A DNA stretch of 64,000 bases, from contig DAIJ01000032.1 of assembly GCA_002498725.1 (NCBI GenBank), positions 64,705 through 128,704 on the forward strand, given 5' to 3'. Origin of the DNA: Euryarchaeota archaeon UBA23 (GTDB lineage: Archaea; Thermoplasmatota; Poseidoniia; Poseidoniales; Thalassarchaeaceae). Below the pieces are notes generated by a model. It did not search any database and was not told where the DNA came from. It saw nothing but the letters and a program-made list of their open reading frames with translations. Shown in pieces: positions 14,186 through 23,500 of this stretch. How positions within the stretch are numbered: the first letter of the stretch is position 1; every line of letters starts with the position of its first letter. A program made the translations under genes and the position numbers.

Positions 14186-14968
14186 CTAATCAATTCTAAG
14201 TTTTGCATTTGCAGGTAGTTTAACTTGCTCAGTTTTTTCAAATTTGTTTGGTCGTGCACAAAAAGATGCACAAAAGAACCAACCAACGACAAATCCTGCT
14301 AGTGTTCCAGTAATAATTCTGACTTGATTTGTCGACTCATATGAAGTTCCCAATTGTGTAAATCCATCTACGGCCATAGGTAAAAGGCCAATTGTTAGTA
14401 TTGTAATCATCACTAGCATTCTTTTGTCATTATAGTAATATTTCTCAATTTTATTGTCCGGTAGAATCGATAGGAATGTATCTCTTACTGTCCATCTATT
14501 CAAACCCCTAAATCTCCATAATAAGCAAAATATAGTAAATCCGAATAAAATTCCAACATCTCGTGTACAAACTGCCATTTGATTCCCATTAACTTCCCAA
14601 GATCGTTCCCATTTTTGATGACAATTTAAATCTCCTATTGCGTATATCATACCAGAAATCGGGTTCATGTCCATCCAAGCAAAGGTACCTCCATTCTCAG
14701 ACTGATTATGTCCTAATTCTCTCGCTGAATCTTGTACGTTTCCCCAACTATCATGTGTTGCATAGTCAATTCGATTAGCTCTACCTGAAAGATCCGGTAT
14801 CGAATTCTCTTCAGTTGCCATAGGAACTAGAAATACCATGACAAGATAAAAACCAGCAACATATGCTAAATTACGCCCAATTTTTGACTCGTGTATCCTA
14901 TCTGTCCTTCCGTTCTTGAACACGGTTGGTATCGACATTGCTTCTCCGATGGGTTCTATCTGCATCAA
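14186..14968 (-). CDS. DUF2085-like integral membrane protein (conserved CHQ / CxR motifs)
   Basis: 260 aa with 4-5 TM helices. Contains LNCHQKW and AVCTRD motifs as in DUF2085. Its 5-prime end overlaps the divergent Smr gene, so the true start is probably the internal Met (MSIPTVF). Confidence 0.4.
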   Translation of the reverse strand: MMQIEPIGEAMSIPTVFKNGRTDRIHESKIGRNLAYVAGFYLVMVFLVPMATEENSIPDLSGRANRIDYATHDSWGNVQDSARELGHNQSENGGTFAWMDMNPISGMIYAIGDLNCHQKWERSWEVNGNQMAVCTRDVGILFGFTIFCLLWRFRGLNRWTVRDTFLSILPDNKIEKYYYNDKRMLVMITILTIGLLPMAVDGFTQLGTSYESTNQVRIITGTLAGFVVGWFFCASFCARPNKFEKTEQVKLPANAKLRID

Positions 14969-15753
14969 CTTATCCGCACATCATGGTGGAGGTCAGGCTT
15001 ACCGACGCTTTCCTAATTTCTTCAGTCATTGCGACAATGGTATTCGTTATGACTTCGATGATGGCATTCTTCTATTTTGGTATGGATGAAAAGCAAATTG
15101 AGCCAGCATTAAGAGTGGGCGCAGTTTTAGGAATAAGCACTGGTTTAATAGTACTTTTTTTCGCTATCTCAAGAGTTAGAAATCACACTGAAAAAGGACA
15201 ATTAAGAGATGAAAAACGTGAAGCAGAAGTTGCTTCCCTACGTAAAGTATTGAATTACTTGACTACAGATTCAGATGGTGCTTGGATTTCAGATGAAAGA
15301 GTTAGACGTGAGAGAGGTGTATTGACTCTTGATTTACACGGACTAAATGCGGCTCAAGCGTCTAGAACTATAGAGAAGTTAATTGGTATCCGTTCTCAAC
15401 TTAAAAGAGTTAGAATAATTACTGGTAGAGGTGAGAGATTACATGATAAATCTGCAGATCCTGGGATACGACCCGCAGTAATTCAAAGACTAAAGATTGA
15501 TGCCCCTAGAGTTGATTGGCAGTTATTGATAAAATCTGGTTCAATTACATTAAGGCCAATGGGTAAGGCCCCCACTAAGATTCAATGGTTTACTCGTTTT
15601 GTGGTTTTTATCGCACCAATGTGTATTGTAATGGGATTTTCATTCAGAGATTTAGCGGGTTCAAGTTATTCAGATCAAGGGCTAATTTTTGGCATTACAT
15701 CCGGATTTTTACTAACTGCACTGTTAGCCAGCCATCGCGATCGGTCCGGGTAA
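14926..15753 (+). CDS. membrane-embedded Smr-domain protein (TM pair - coiled coil - Smr - TM pair)
   Basis: 275 aa. Smr domain VLTLDLHGLNAAQASRTIEKLIGIRSQLKRVRIITGRGERLH is flanked by two N-terminal and two C-terminal hydrophobic helices. Likely start at an internal Met around 14983. Confidence 0.6.
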   Translation: MVSTLLLRWVLSASTYPHIMVEVRLTDAFLISSVIATMVFVMTSMMAFFYFGMDEKQIEPALRVGAVLGISTGLIVLFFAISRVRNHTEKGQLRDEKREAEVASLRKVLNYLTTDSDGAWISDERVRRERGVLTLDLHGLNAAQASRTIEKLIGIRSQLKRVRIITGRGERLHDKSADPGIRPAVIQRLKIDAPRVDWQLLIKSGSITLRPMGKAPTKIQWFTRFVVFIAPMCIVMGFSFRDLAGSSYSDQGLIFGITSGFLLTALLASHRDRSG

Positions 15754-15894
15754 TTACGAATAGTCGGGAACTCCTTCGCAACATGCTTCCACAACTCTTC
15801 TACAGTTAGGACATTCCATATGTTGCCGCATTGGAATTGCGGCTCCTCTGAATCCACAACTGCACATTATAGCAGCACAGTGGTCATGATCCAT
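15754..15894 (-). CDS. candidate Cys-rich micro-protein (46 aa, 8 Cys) 35 nt downstream of sufD, same strand
   Basis: Manual translation of the minus strand gives MDHDHCAAIMCSCGFRGAAIPMRQHMECPNCRRVVEACCEGVPDYS. It is not in the ORF track because it is under 60 aa. It competes with a listed 60-aa ORF (15675..15857) that overlaps the Smr gene. Confidence 0.25.
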   Translation of the reverse strand: MDHDHCAAIMCSCGFRGAAIPMRQHMECPNCRRVVEACCEGVPDYS

Positions 15895-15929
15895 GTGCTT
15901 CGTTTTCAGAATAGGTTCAAATCATTTTC

Positions 15930-17072
15930 TCAAGATTTGAGTTGCTCTAGTTCATCTTGTAGGTGATTGGCTAGCCAAAGGTGCAATGTCTCACTACCCA
16001 TCTCGACCAGTGTTGAATTAAGGAATGCCGCAATTAGGGCATCTTTAGCCCCCTCTGAGTCGAAGCCCCTTGATTCAAGATAGAACATTTGGTCATCATC
16101 CACCGGGCCATTGGCAGTACCGTGGCCACAGCCAATAACATCATGCTCGCTAACTTCTAATTCTGGAATTGAATCTGCTTTTGCCTTTTCAGATAACAGA
16201 AGGTTATGGAATAACTGGCCCGCATCAGCCCCTTTAGAACCCTTGGCTACGCGTAGCATTCCCGTTCCGACGGTTCGAGAATTACCTCCGCAGGCTGAAT
16301 GCCAGTCAAGCCTACTGAAAGTTTCTGGGGCGTCGTGAAGGATCTCAATGTGATGGTCAAGGTGCATGCCATCAGCCGATAGGATTGAACCAAGTACGTT
16401 CAAATGTCCACCATTTTCCCCCATCTTATATCTCAAGTCGGCCTTTGTTTTATCACTTCCAGAACTTACAGTTCCCATCTTAACCTGCGCGTCGCGACCG
16501 ATAGATATGCTATCGACCCGTAGAAGTGTTCCTGAGTCTGTATGCCCGATGACTACATCATTGAGGATGCTTCCATCTCCTATTCTTCCAGTTCGAAGAA
16601 ATCCCGTCCATGGTGCCGCACCAGAAATCTGCGTTATTAATTCAAATTCACAATTTCTTCCTATATCCAAAGATAGATGGAGTGCACAATCAGCGTCACC
16701 CGTGTCAATATTTAGAATAATTGGTGAACTTGCAATGAAATTGTTCTCAACCCTGAGTGTATATGCTGAATTTTCAGCAGCAGCTCGGATGAACGAAGCT
16801 GTAACTTTGTCGGATTCTGGTAAAATCTCTGCGCTAACAATTCCTTCCTCCACAGATATTCCGACCAGTGCGCCACTATCATCTAAATAGTTCAGGTCAA
16901 TTTTTGGCGATGCTACATTTGGAATATCCTTCAAATTCCCACTGGGATGAACTCTCTTCCATGGTGTATATCGCCAGAGATGGTCTGCCCTATGGGGCTC
17001 ATCCAAAGACTTGTACAGGCTAGTTGCATCCATACTATCACATATTTCAACCGATGCTGCCTTCCATTTCAA
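15930..17072 (-). CDS. sufD: Fe-S cluster assembly protein SufD
   Basis: 380 aa. SufB/SufD family beta-helix. C-terminal FYLESRG...IAAF motif. Sits in a sufC-sufB-sufD operon. Confidence 0.8.
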   Translation of the reverse strand: MKWKAASVEICDSMDATSLYKSLDEPHRADHLWRYTPWKRVHPSGNLKDIPNVASPKIDLNYLDDSGALVGISVEEGIVSAEILPESDKVTASFIRAAAENSAYTLRVENNFIASSPIILNIDTGDADCALHLSLDIGRNCEFELITQISGAAPWTGFLRTGRIGDGSILNDVVIGHTDSGTLLRVDSISIGRDAQVKMGTVSSGSDKTKADLRYKMGENGGHLNVLGSILSADGMHLDHHIEILHDAPETFSRLDWHSACGGNSRTVGTGMLRVAKGSKGADAGQLFHNLLLSEKAKADSIPELEVSEHDVIGCGHGTANGPVDDDQMFYLESRGFDSEGAKDALIAAFLNSTLVEMGSETLHLWLANHLQDELEQLKS

Positions 17073-18471
17073 GGGCCATTAATTTGTTCAGTTCGACTGC
17101 ATATTCCATTGGTAGTTCACGGGTAAATGGTTCGAAGAAACCGTTTACGATCATTGCCAATGCTTGCTCTTCAGAGTGTCCTCTGCTCATTAGATAGAAC
17201 AACTGCTCATCACTAACTTTTGAGACACTAGCCTCATGTTCACATCGGGCAGTTGGGTTTGCAACTTCCATTGTAGGATATGTGTCTGAACGAGAACCTT
17301 CGTCAAGAATTAGAGCATCGCATACAACGTTCAGTTTACAATTCTCTGCCCTTGGAGAGACTGTGACCATACCACGGTAGGAACCACGGCCACCATCCTT
17401 GGAAATTGACTTAGAGAGAATTTTTGAGGTTGTGTTACTAGCAAGATGGTGGATCTTTGCTCCAGCATCTTGATGTTGTCCTTTCCCAGAGTATGCAACA
17501 GAAATCACCTCGGCATGGCTTCCTTCGCCCTTCAGTATAACCGCAGGATACTTCATAGTTAACTTACTACCAATGTTCCCATCAACCCATTCAATTTTTG
17601 CATTTTCATGTGCAATACCACGTTTTGTAACTAAGTTGTAGACATTAGCGCTCCAATTTTGGACAGTACTGTATCTTATGTGTGCACCAGGCAATGCAAT
17701 TAATTCAACCACCGCTGAATGAAGTGAATCAGTAGAGTATGTTGGGGCAGTACACCCTTCTACATAGTGTATGCTACTTCCCTCATCAGCGATAATTAAA
17801 GTTCTTTCAAATTGACCCATATTTTTTGCATTTATTCGGAAATATGCCTGCACAGGCATCTCTACATGTACTCCTTTTGGTACATAGATGAATGAACCTC
17901 CGGACCAAACTGCAGTGTTTAATGCACTAAATTTATTATCAGAGTATGGTACTACACTGCAAAACCATTTCTTTACAAGTTCAGGATATTCTCTCAATCC
18001 ACTATCCATATCTAGAAATATCACGCCCTTTTCTTGCAAATCTTCACGAATTGAATGATAAACTGCCTCAGATTCATATTGTGCAGTAACTCCAGAAAGC
18101 CATTTTTGTTCGGCTTCAGGAATTCCCAATTTATCAAAAGTATTTCGAATATCTTCAGGTACATCTTCCCAATCTTTTTCTGTTTGATCTGATGATCTTA
18201 GATAATAACATACTTTGTCAAAATCAATTTCCGATAGCATCGACATATTTCCCCAAGTAGGCATTGGTCTGTCATCAAAGTGACGAAGTGCTTTTACTCT
18301 AAGATCAGTCATCCATTCAGGCTCATTTTTAAGAGCGGAAATTTCTCTCACAACTTTTTCAGAGAGTCCAAAATCAAACCTTATAGTAGCATTTTCTGGA
18401 TCATGCCACCCCGCTTTGTATTCGCCGACTGCATCTCTTGCTTCCTGATCTGCCATTTCTATAAACACCAC
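17047..18471 (-). CDS. sufB: Fe-S cluster assembly protein SufB
   Basis: 474 aa, high similarity to the SufB family (FYLMSRG, conserved Cys, C-terminal region). Overlaps sufD by 26 nt and sufC by 1 nt. Confidence 0.9.
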   Translation of the reverse strand: MVFIEMADQEARDAVGEYKAGWHDPENATIRFDFGLSEKVVREISALKNEPEWMTDLRVKALRHFDDRPMPTWGNMSMLSEIDFDKVCYYLRSSDQTEKDWEDVPEDIRNTFDKLGIPEAEQKWLSGVTAQYESEAVYHSIREDLQEKGVIFLDMDSGLREYPELVKKWFCSVVPYSDNKFSALNTAVWSGGSFIYVPKGVHVEMPVQAYFRINAKNMGQFERTLIIADEGSSIHYVEGCTAPTYSTDSLHSAVVELIALPGAHIRYSTVQNWSANVYNLVTKRGIAHENAKIEWVDGNIGSKLTMKYPAVILKGEGSHAEVISVAYSGKGQHQDAGAKIHHLASNTTSKILSKSISKDGGRGSYRGMVTVSPRAENCKLNVVCDALILDEGSRSDTYPTMEVANPTARCEHEASVSKVSDEQLFYLMSRGHSEEQALAMIVNGFFEPFTRELPMEYAVELNKLMALEMEGSIG

Positions 18472-19244
18472 TAATTATTCTGTATTTCCGATTTATCTTG
18501 TAACCAATCATACCCTTTCTCTTCTAATTCAAGGGCTAACTCTGGGCCACCAGATTTTACAATTTTTCCCTTAATCAAAACATGTACTTTGTCAGGCTGT
18601 ACATGTTCTAGAATCCTTGAGTAATGTGTAATAATCAATGCCGCGGAATCAGTACCTCTTACTACTTTGTTTATTCCTTTTGAGACGGTACGAATGCCAT
18701 CTATGTCTAGTCCAGAATCCGTTTCATCAAGAATGGCTAGCTTTGGTTTCAAAAGCATTAATTGTAAAATCTCAAATCTCTTTTTTTCTCCTCCACTAAA
18801 ACCATCATTAACATATCTACCAAGAAATGATCTTGGGATATCTAATTCTTCCATGGCTTCCTTTAGTAAATTACGAAATTCGAGGCCTTTCGCTTCTTCT
18901 TCTCCACGTATAGAAGCGACTGATTTACGAAGAAAGTTACCCACTTGTAAACCGGGTACAGCTTGGGGGTATTGGAACGAAAGAAAAACACCATCTCTAG
19001 CTCTTTCCCATGGTTCCATTTCTAAAAGATCATTTCCATCTAGTTCAACAATTCCAGAATCTACTTCGTAATCTGGATGGCCCATGATTATATTCGCAGT
19101 AGTGGTTTTTCCACTTCCATTCCTACCCATGATTGCATGAACCTCTCCTGCTGGTATTACCAAATTAATACCGTCTAGGATCTTAGTGCCCTCAATTCCA
19201 GCATGCAAATCTAGCACCTTTAGCACAGGTTCTCCACTTCCCAT
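18471..19244 (-). CDS. sufC: Fe-S cluster assembly ATPase SufC
   Basis: 257 aa. ABC ATPase Walker A (GRNGSGKTT), signature (FSGGEKKR) and Walker B ([12 protein letters not shown]). First gene of the operon. Confidence 0.9.
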   Translation of the reverse strand: MGSGEPVLKVLDLHAGIEGTKILDGINLVIPAGEVHAIMGRNGSGKTTTANIIMGHPDYEVDSGIVELDGNDLLEMEPWERARDGVFLSFQYPQAVPGLQVGNFLRKSVASIRGEEEAKGLEFRNLLKEAMEELDIPRSFLGRYVNDGFSGGEKKRFEILQLMLLKPKLAILDETDSGLDIDGIRTVSKGINKVVRGTDSAALIITHYSRILEHVQPDKVHVLIKGKIVKSGGPELALELEEKGYDWLQDKSEIQNN

Positions 19245-19286
19245 CTTTTACACCTGATTCATCGTTATCATCATCCCTTTTGAACC

Positions 19287-19305
19287 CGACCGTCATAGAC
19301 GGTCG
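19287..19305. promoter_or_regulatory. perfect palindrome CGACCGTC-ATA-GACGGTCG in the divergent sufCBD / nfu-like intergenic region
   Basis: 8-bp arms with a 3-nt spacer. It lies 43 nt from the sufC start and 60 nt from the nfu GTG. Candidate operator for an Fe-S / iron-responsive regulator. Confidence 0.45.
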
Positions 19306-19364
19306 CTAAAATTTAGGTTTTTAGAGGCATAAACAAAATTAGGACCTCCGTCTTCGCTAGGCAT

Positions 19365-19844
19365 GTGGAAGAAGAGGATGAACTCACTGCAAGTTACAGA
19401 ATCCAAGTAGATTCTGTTGTTGCCGCTGAGGCCAATAGACGTATTGAGAAAGAGCATGATAAATTAGAACTGGCCCGACTTCGTGAACTCTCTCTCCTAA
19501 AATTGGTCAGATCTCAAAGTGACGATCTTGTCCCTGCTTTAATGTCGCGTCTTGGCCCGGTAAGGGCGGCACTTGACGGACACGGTGGCTCGCTTGTAGT
19601 TGCAGATGTAGAGGAAACTAACAGGGCTTCAGGTGAATCAGCTCTTACTTTCGTCATAGATTTGGATGGGGCCTGTGTTTCCTGTGGGGCAGCACCTGGT
19701 ACATTAAAAGGAATTCAAGATGATTTATTGCATGATGATGAGATAATATCAGTAAAATTCTCATCAGCAATGTTGGATTGGTTTGATGATTTACAGAAAG
19801 AATTTATTCTAAAGTATGGCGAAGTTACCTTTGTCAAAGTTTAA
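19365..19844 (+). CDS. NifU-like (Nfu C-terminal domain) Fe-S cluster scaffold/carrier protein
   Basis: 159 aa, GTG start. Nfu motif GHGGSLVVADVEE...IDLDGACVSCGAAPGTLKGIQDDL. Divergent from sufCBD. Confidence 0.6.
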   Translation: MEEEDELTASYRIQVDSVVAAEANRRIEKEHDKLELARLRELSLLKLVRSQSDDLVPALMSRLGPVRAALDGHGGSLVVADVEETNRASGESALTFVIDLDGACVSCGAAPGTLKGIQDDLLHDDEIISVKFSSAMLDWFDDLQKEFILKYGEVTFVKV

Positions 19845-19857
19845 CTTTTTTTAAAAT

Positions 19858-20517
19858 CTAAATTTCTTCAAAAATTCGCTTTAGAGCATCCATTGAAGCC
19901 GAAGCAAAACCCAAAACAGTAACCTCTTTTCCTTCGATCAGTTTTGTATGATTACCTGCATCAGCAGCCATGTCATATGCTCCTGCTTTTCCTTTCCAAG
20001 AATTATTAGATATCAGACCGATTAATTCATCTTGAGAAAGATCATCAAATTCTACTATTGCAGATTCAGTCCAAATTTGAGCGTTCCACTCACCATGTAG
20101 GGGAAATACTCCATCTAAAATTTCAAATTTTTTCTCATGAGTAATTATTGCTGTGGATGACCATACTCGATGTCGGTTTCCAGAAAGTCTCAGCAACATG
20201 GCCATAGCATGTTGTTCATCATCAGGTTTACCAAGTGGCATCAAATAGTCATCAGGATCTGAAACTATTGTGTCTGATACGATAATTATATCTGGGTATT
20301 TTTTTCCGGCCATTGATGCAATAATAGTTTCTTCCACTGCTGCAGAAGCTTTGGCCAAACAAGTAAATTCTACTTGTTCTTCAACTAATAAACCCCATCT
20401 TGGCTTTGGTTCATCGAATTTGAGGGGTCTGACTTCTATTTCAGAATCATAATCGCTAATTTTTTCTTTTAACCAAGAATATCTTCTATTGGATGCAGAT
20501 GCAAGTAAAATACGCAA
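19858..20517 (-). CDS. maf: Maf-like nucleoside triphosphate pyrophosphatase
   Basis: 219 aa. N-terminal ILLASASNRRYSWL matches the Maf ASxSPRR motif. Confidence 0.7.
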   Translation of the reverse strand: MRILLASASNRRYSWLKEKISDYDSEIEVRPLKFDEPKPRWGLLVEEQVEFTCLAKASAAVEETIIASMAGKKYPDIIIVSDTIVSDPDDYLMPLGKPDDEQHAMAMLLRLSGNRHRVWSSTAIITHEKKFEILDGVFPLHGEWNAQIWTESAIVEFDDLSQDELIGLISNNSWKGKAGAYDMAADAGNHTKLIEGKEVTVLGFASASMDALKRIFEEI

Positions 20518-20527
20518 TTTACCTACC

Positions 20528-23500
20528 TCATAGGTTTATTTTTTGTGCACAAATAGGGCATCGAGTAGATTTCAAATTAGATTTTACTTCAAATCGACTA
20601 GAACAATTAGGGCAGATTACCGGCCGATTCATTGAGGAGGATATTGGTGCAATAGGTGGCGGCATCTGTAAAGAGATTTCCTCATTTATTAGTTCGGCAA
20701 TTGGGACTTCTAAGTTATCCATTTCTATCTCTTTGTTAGCTCTCATTTCTCTTCTTTCTCTTCGGCCAAGTGCTCCGTGATCTTGTTCATCTTCTACAAC
20801 TTCTACAAGTGATGATACATCTATTGGTTCTACATTTAGATCGCTTTCATCAACGACTTCAACAACGTCTTCCTCAAGAATAACAGTTGCATTTGAGACT
20901 CTTCTTCTTCTGCTTCCAATCCATCCAATAGCTCTACTTGATAGCACACCCAAAAAGATCGTACAAAGAAGAAGAATTGTGATAGCTACACCCCCCAGAA
21001 GAATATTGAAAGAATCTTCATCTAATCCAAGTGTGAATCTTAATTGTTCAATAATATCTGACGCCCCAGAGTCTTTCCTTGCATCGTCAATTAATGCACG
21101 AATTGCCCAGCCCTGACTTGATGTATGAATCATCACAGTATCTTCTCCATCAGGAGTTCTACTCACTGAATGAATCCACCCGTCAGAGATACGATTTGAT
21201 ATAGCCATCCATTGATCTTCAGAATCAATCATGCCATAGTGAATTTGTGGCCCATTAGGGCCGACCATATCATGTATAACTTGGACTCCTCTCTCAGTTT
21301 CAAGGAATATTAAATTAGACATCCCTATTGCTTCGATATTGGTACTTAGATTTTCAATTGTAGTAAAGGTATCATCTACAACCTTGACAATAAATTTCGT
21401 ATCTAGTTCTTTTCCTTCACGCCAGCCTACAGTGAGTAGATCTTCTCCATCAATTGAATGAACCTTCATTTGGGATAAAGAGGCTTCATCGCCAACTGCC
21501 TTTTTGTAAGTCCATGAGGATAAATCTAGATCTCCATGTGCGTACCATAGGCCTAAACGATCTATGCCACTTGTATCATTTCTCATTGATTGAAATAAGA
21601 TATGCCCGTAATCTTCACCAAACTCAATTTGAATAGGATCGGTTTGACCTTGAACAACATCAATATCTGAAATCACGTTGGGAGTAAGTTTCCAATCATT
21701 CGATGAGGTAGGGGCATCGGCTTGAAGAACAAATATACTTGTTAGGTCTTGATATGACCCATCTGTTAGAAGATCTCTATGATATCCTCCGACTAATATT
21801 TCAGCATCTTCTACATCTATGTCTATCCCCCAATATTTTCCATCAGAAAGAAGCATTGGGTCCATTAAGTCTTGAATTGGAGTCATTTGACAACTCGCAT
21901 CTATAGTAGAGTAGGAAACGGTCTGCTGTAAGTATCCATTTGTATCTTGATACCTCCTTGTCCATACAATGTGTGACATTCCGTCATCAGTTGTTGAAGC
22001 CGCGAAATCACCAGACCATGTTGTCTCAAGCATATTTGTACAAGGTGTAATCCCTCTGTTAGAATTAATTCTATACAAGGACAAACCACCGTCTCTACTA
22101 GTAACTGCAATACCTTCTCCTTCTAACCAGATGATGTCAACAGGGAATTCGCCAGATTGGAAGTTAAGTGCTCTACTTCCAGAAACTGTAGTTTTGTCAA
22201 TCAATGTACTCCATTCGATCTGGTTATTACTCCAATCAAGATCTGAAATTCCTTGCCCCTCCAATGTTATTCTGAACCTAAATGAACCAGTGTCCTCTTC
22301 TGTGATTAAACCGGCATCTAGTCCAAAAGTCACAATTTCAGAACCAGAACCAGATATTTGTGGTATGACTGTAGATGAAGTTAGTTCCCATCCAATTTCG
22401 GTATCTAGGAATAGTTTCGCTTCTACATTTTCAGCCTTTGTTGAACCAAGATTATCAATTCTAGCACTTATCTGGAATTGTTCCATTGGTCTAGGTATAC
22501 TTGGATTAGTAGATATAGAACCCTGAGAAAATGATAAATCGATACCTTCAGGTCTAGGAAGTATTTCAAAAACAGTAGTAATGTCGTTATTAGTTTCATC
22601 ATTTTCCATTATCGAATTACTAGGATCTAGTGCTAATGAAATAGACCTTGAACCAACATTTAGCGGGTTCCAGTATAGGGTTACTTCAACTATGTCTCCG
22701 GAATCAATTGATGGAATTGTTAATTCATATTTACGTATCCCATCTTCTAAAAGATAAATCAACACATTTGAAGCCGCTTCATCGCCATTGTTTCGCACTT
22801 CAGCACTCACATCAACAAATGAATTGACGTAGGCTTCTGGAAGTGGAACACCCCATTCCGAGACGCTAATCCCACTTCGAAATGCTAAGTCTGGAGCAGG
22901 TTCATTATTATCTACATCAAGAGTAACTCTAACTTCTTCGGATTCTATCTGCCCTCCGCTTACAATCCTAAGTGATACTCTGTGTGTCCCATCTGGGAAG
23001 GCTGTAGAATCCCAATTGAAACTAAATGAACTGCTAGTACCTCCTGATCCAGCAAATACAGTCTCATCGACCCAATCATCTTTCCCAACTCTCCATTGCA
23101 GAGTTCCTCCATTTACGGTTTCCAATTCACCCTCAAATCGCACATCACCGTCTACTGGCGCCTGTCCAGTCGGGCTATCCAGTGAAATCGAAACTCGACC
23201 TAGGTCATGTTCTTGTCTTTGAGTTTCACTCCATTGATTCCATTCATTTCTTGCTTGCAAATGAATACGAATCTGGAAGGCATTTATTTCATCTTCCTCA
23301 AAGTCTGGAATTGTAAATTGAGTAGACCAATTTGAACTCCCTTGAGCCTTATGCCAATCAACCAGAGTTTCTTCTTTTGTCGGTGAATTGTCTGGTTTGT
23401 GAATATAGGTTATTTTGGCTTTAACTTCCTCAACAGTTCCATTTTGATCGGCGTCTTCATCAACAATTCCGCTTACTGAATATGTCTCACCCTCTACAAG

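Noticed and set aside
15675-15857. 60-aa minus-strand ORF from the track between the Smr gene and sufD
   Set aside because: It overlaps the 3-prime end of the Smr-domain gene by about 80 nt and has a featureless sequence. The alternative-frame 46-aa Cys-rich ORF (15754..15894) fits the gap exactly, so I preferred it, with low confidence.
19294-19300. TCATAGAC inside the suf/nfu palindrome as another YATAGGG promoter core
   Set aside because: The sequence deviates (GAC, not GGG) and lies 43 nt and 60 nt from the two start codons, not at about -26. More likely part of an operator than the TATA-like element.
20493-20780. 95-aa plus-strand ORF overlapping the 3-prime end of the subtilase gene and the maf start
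   Set aside because: It overlaps the region encoding the subtilase C-terminal zinc ribbon on the other strand, which is clearly coding. No motif and no room for a promoter.
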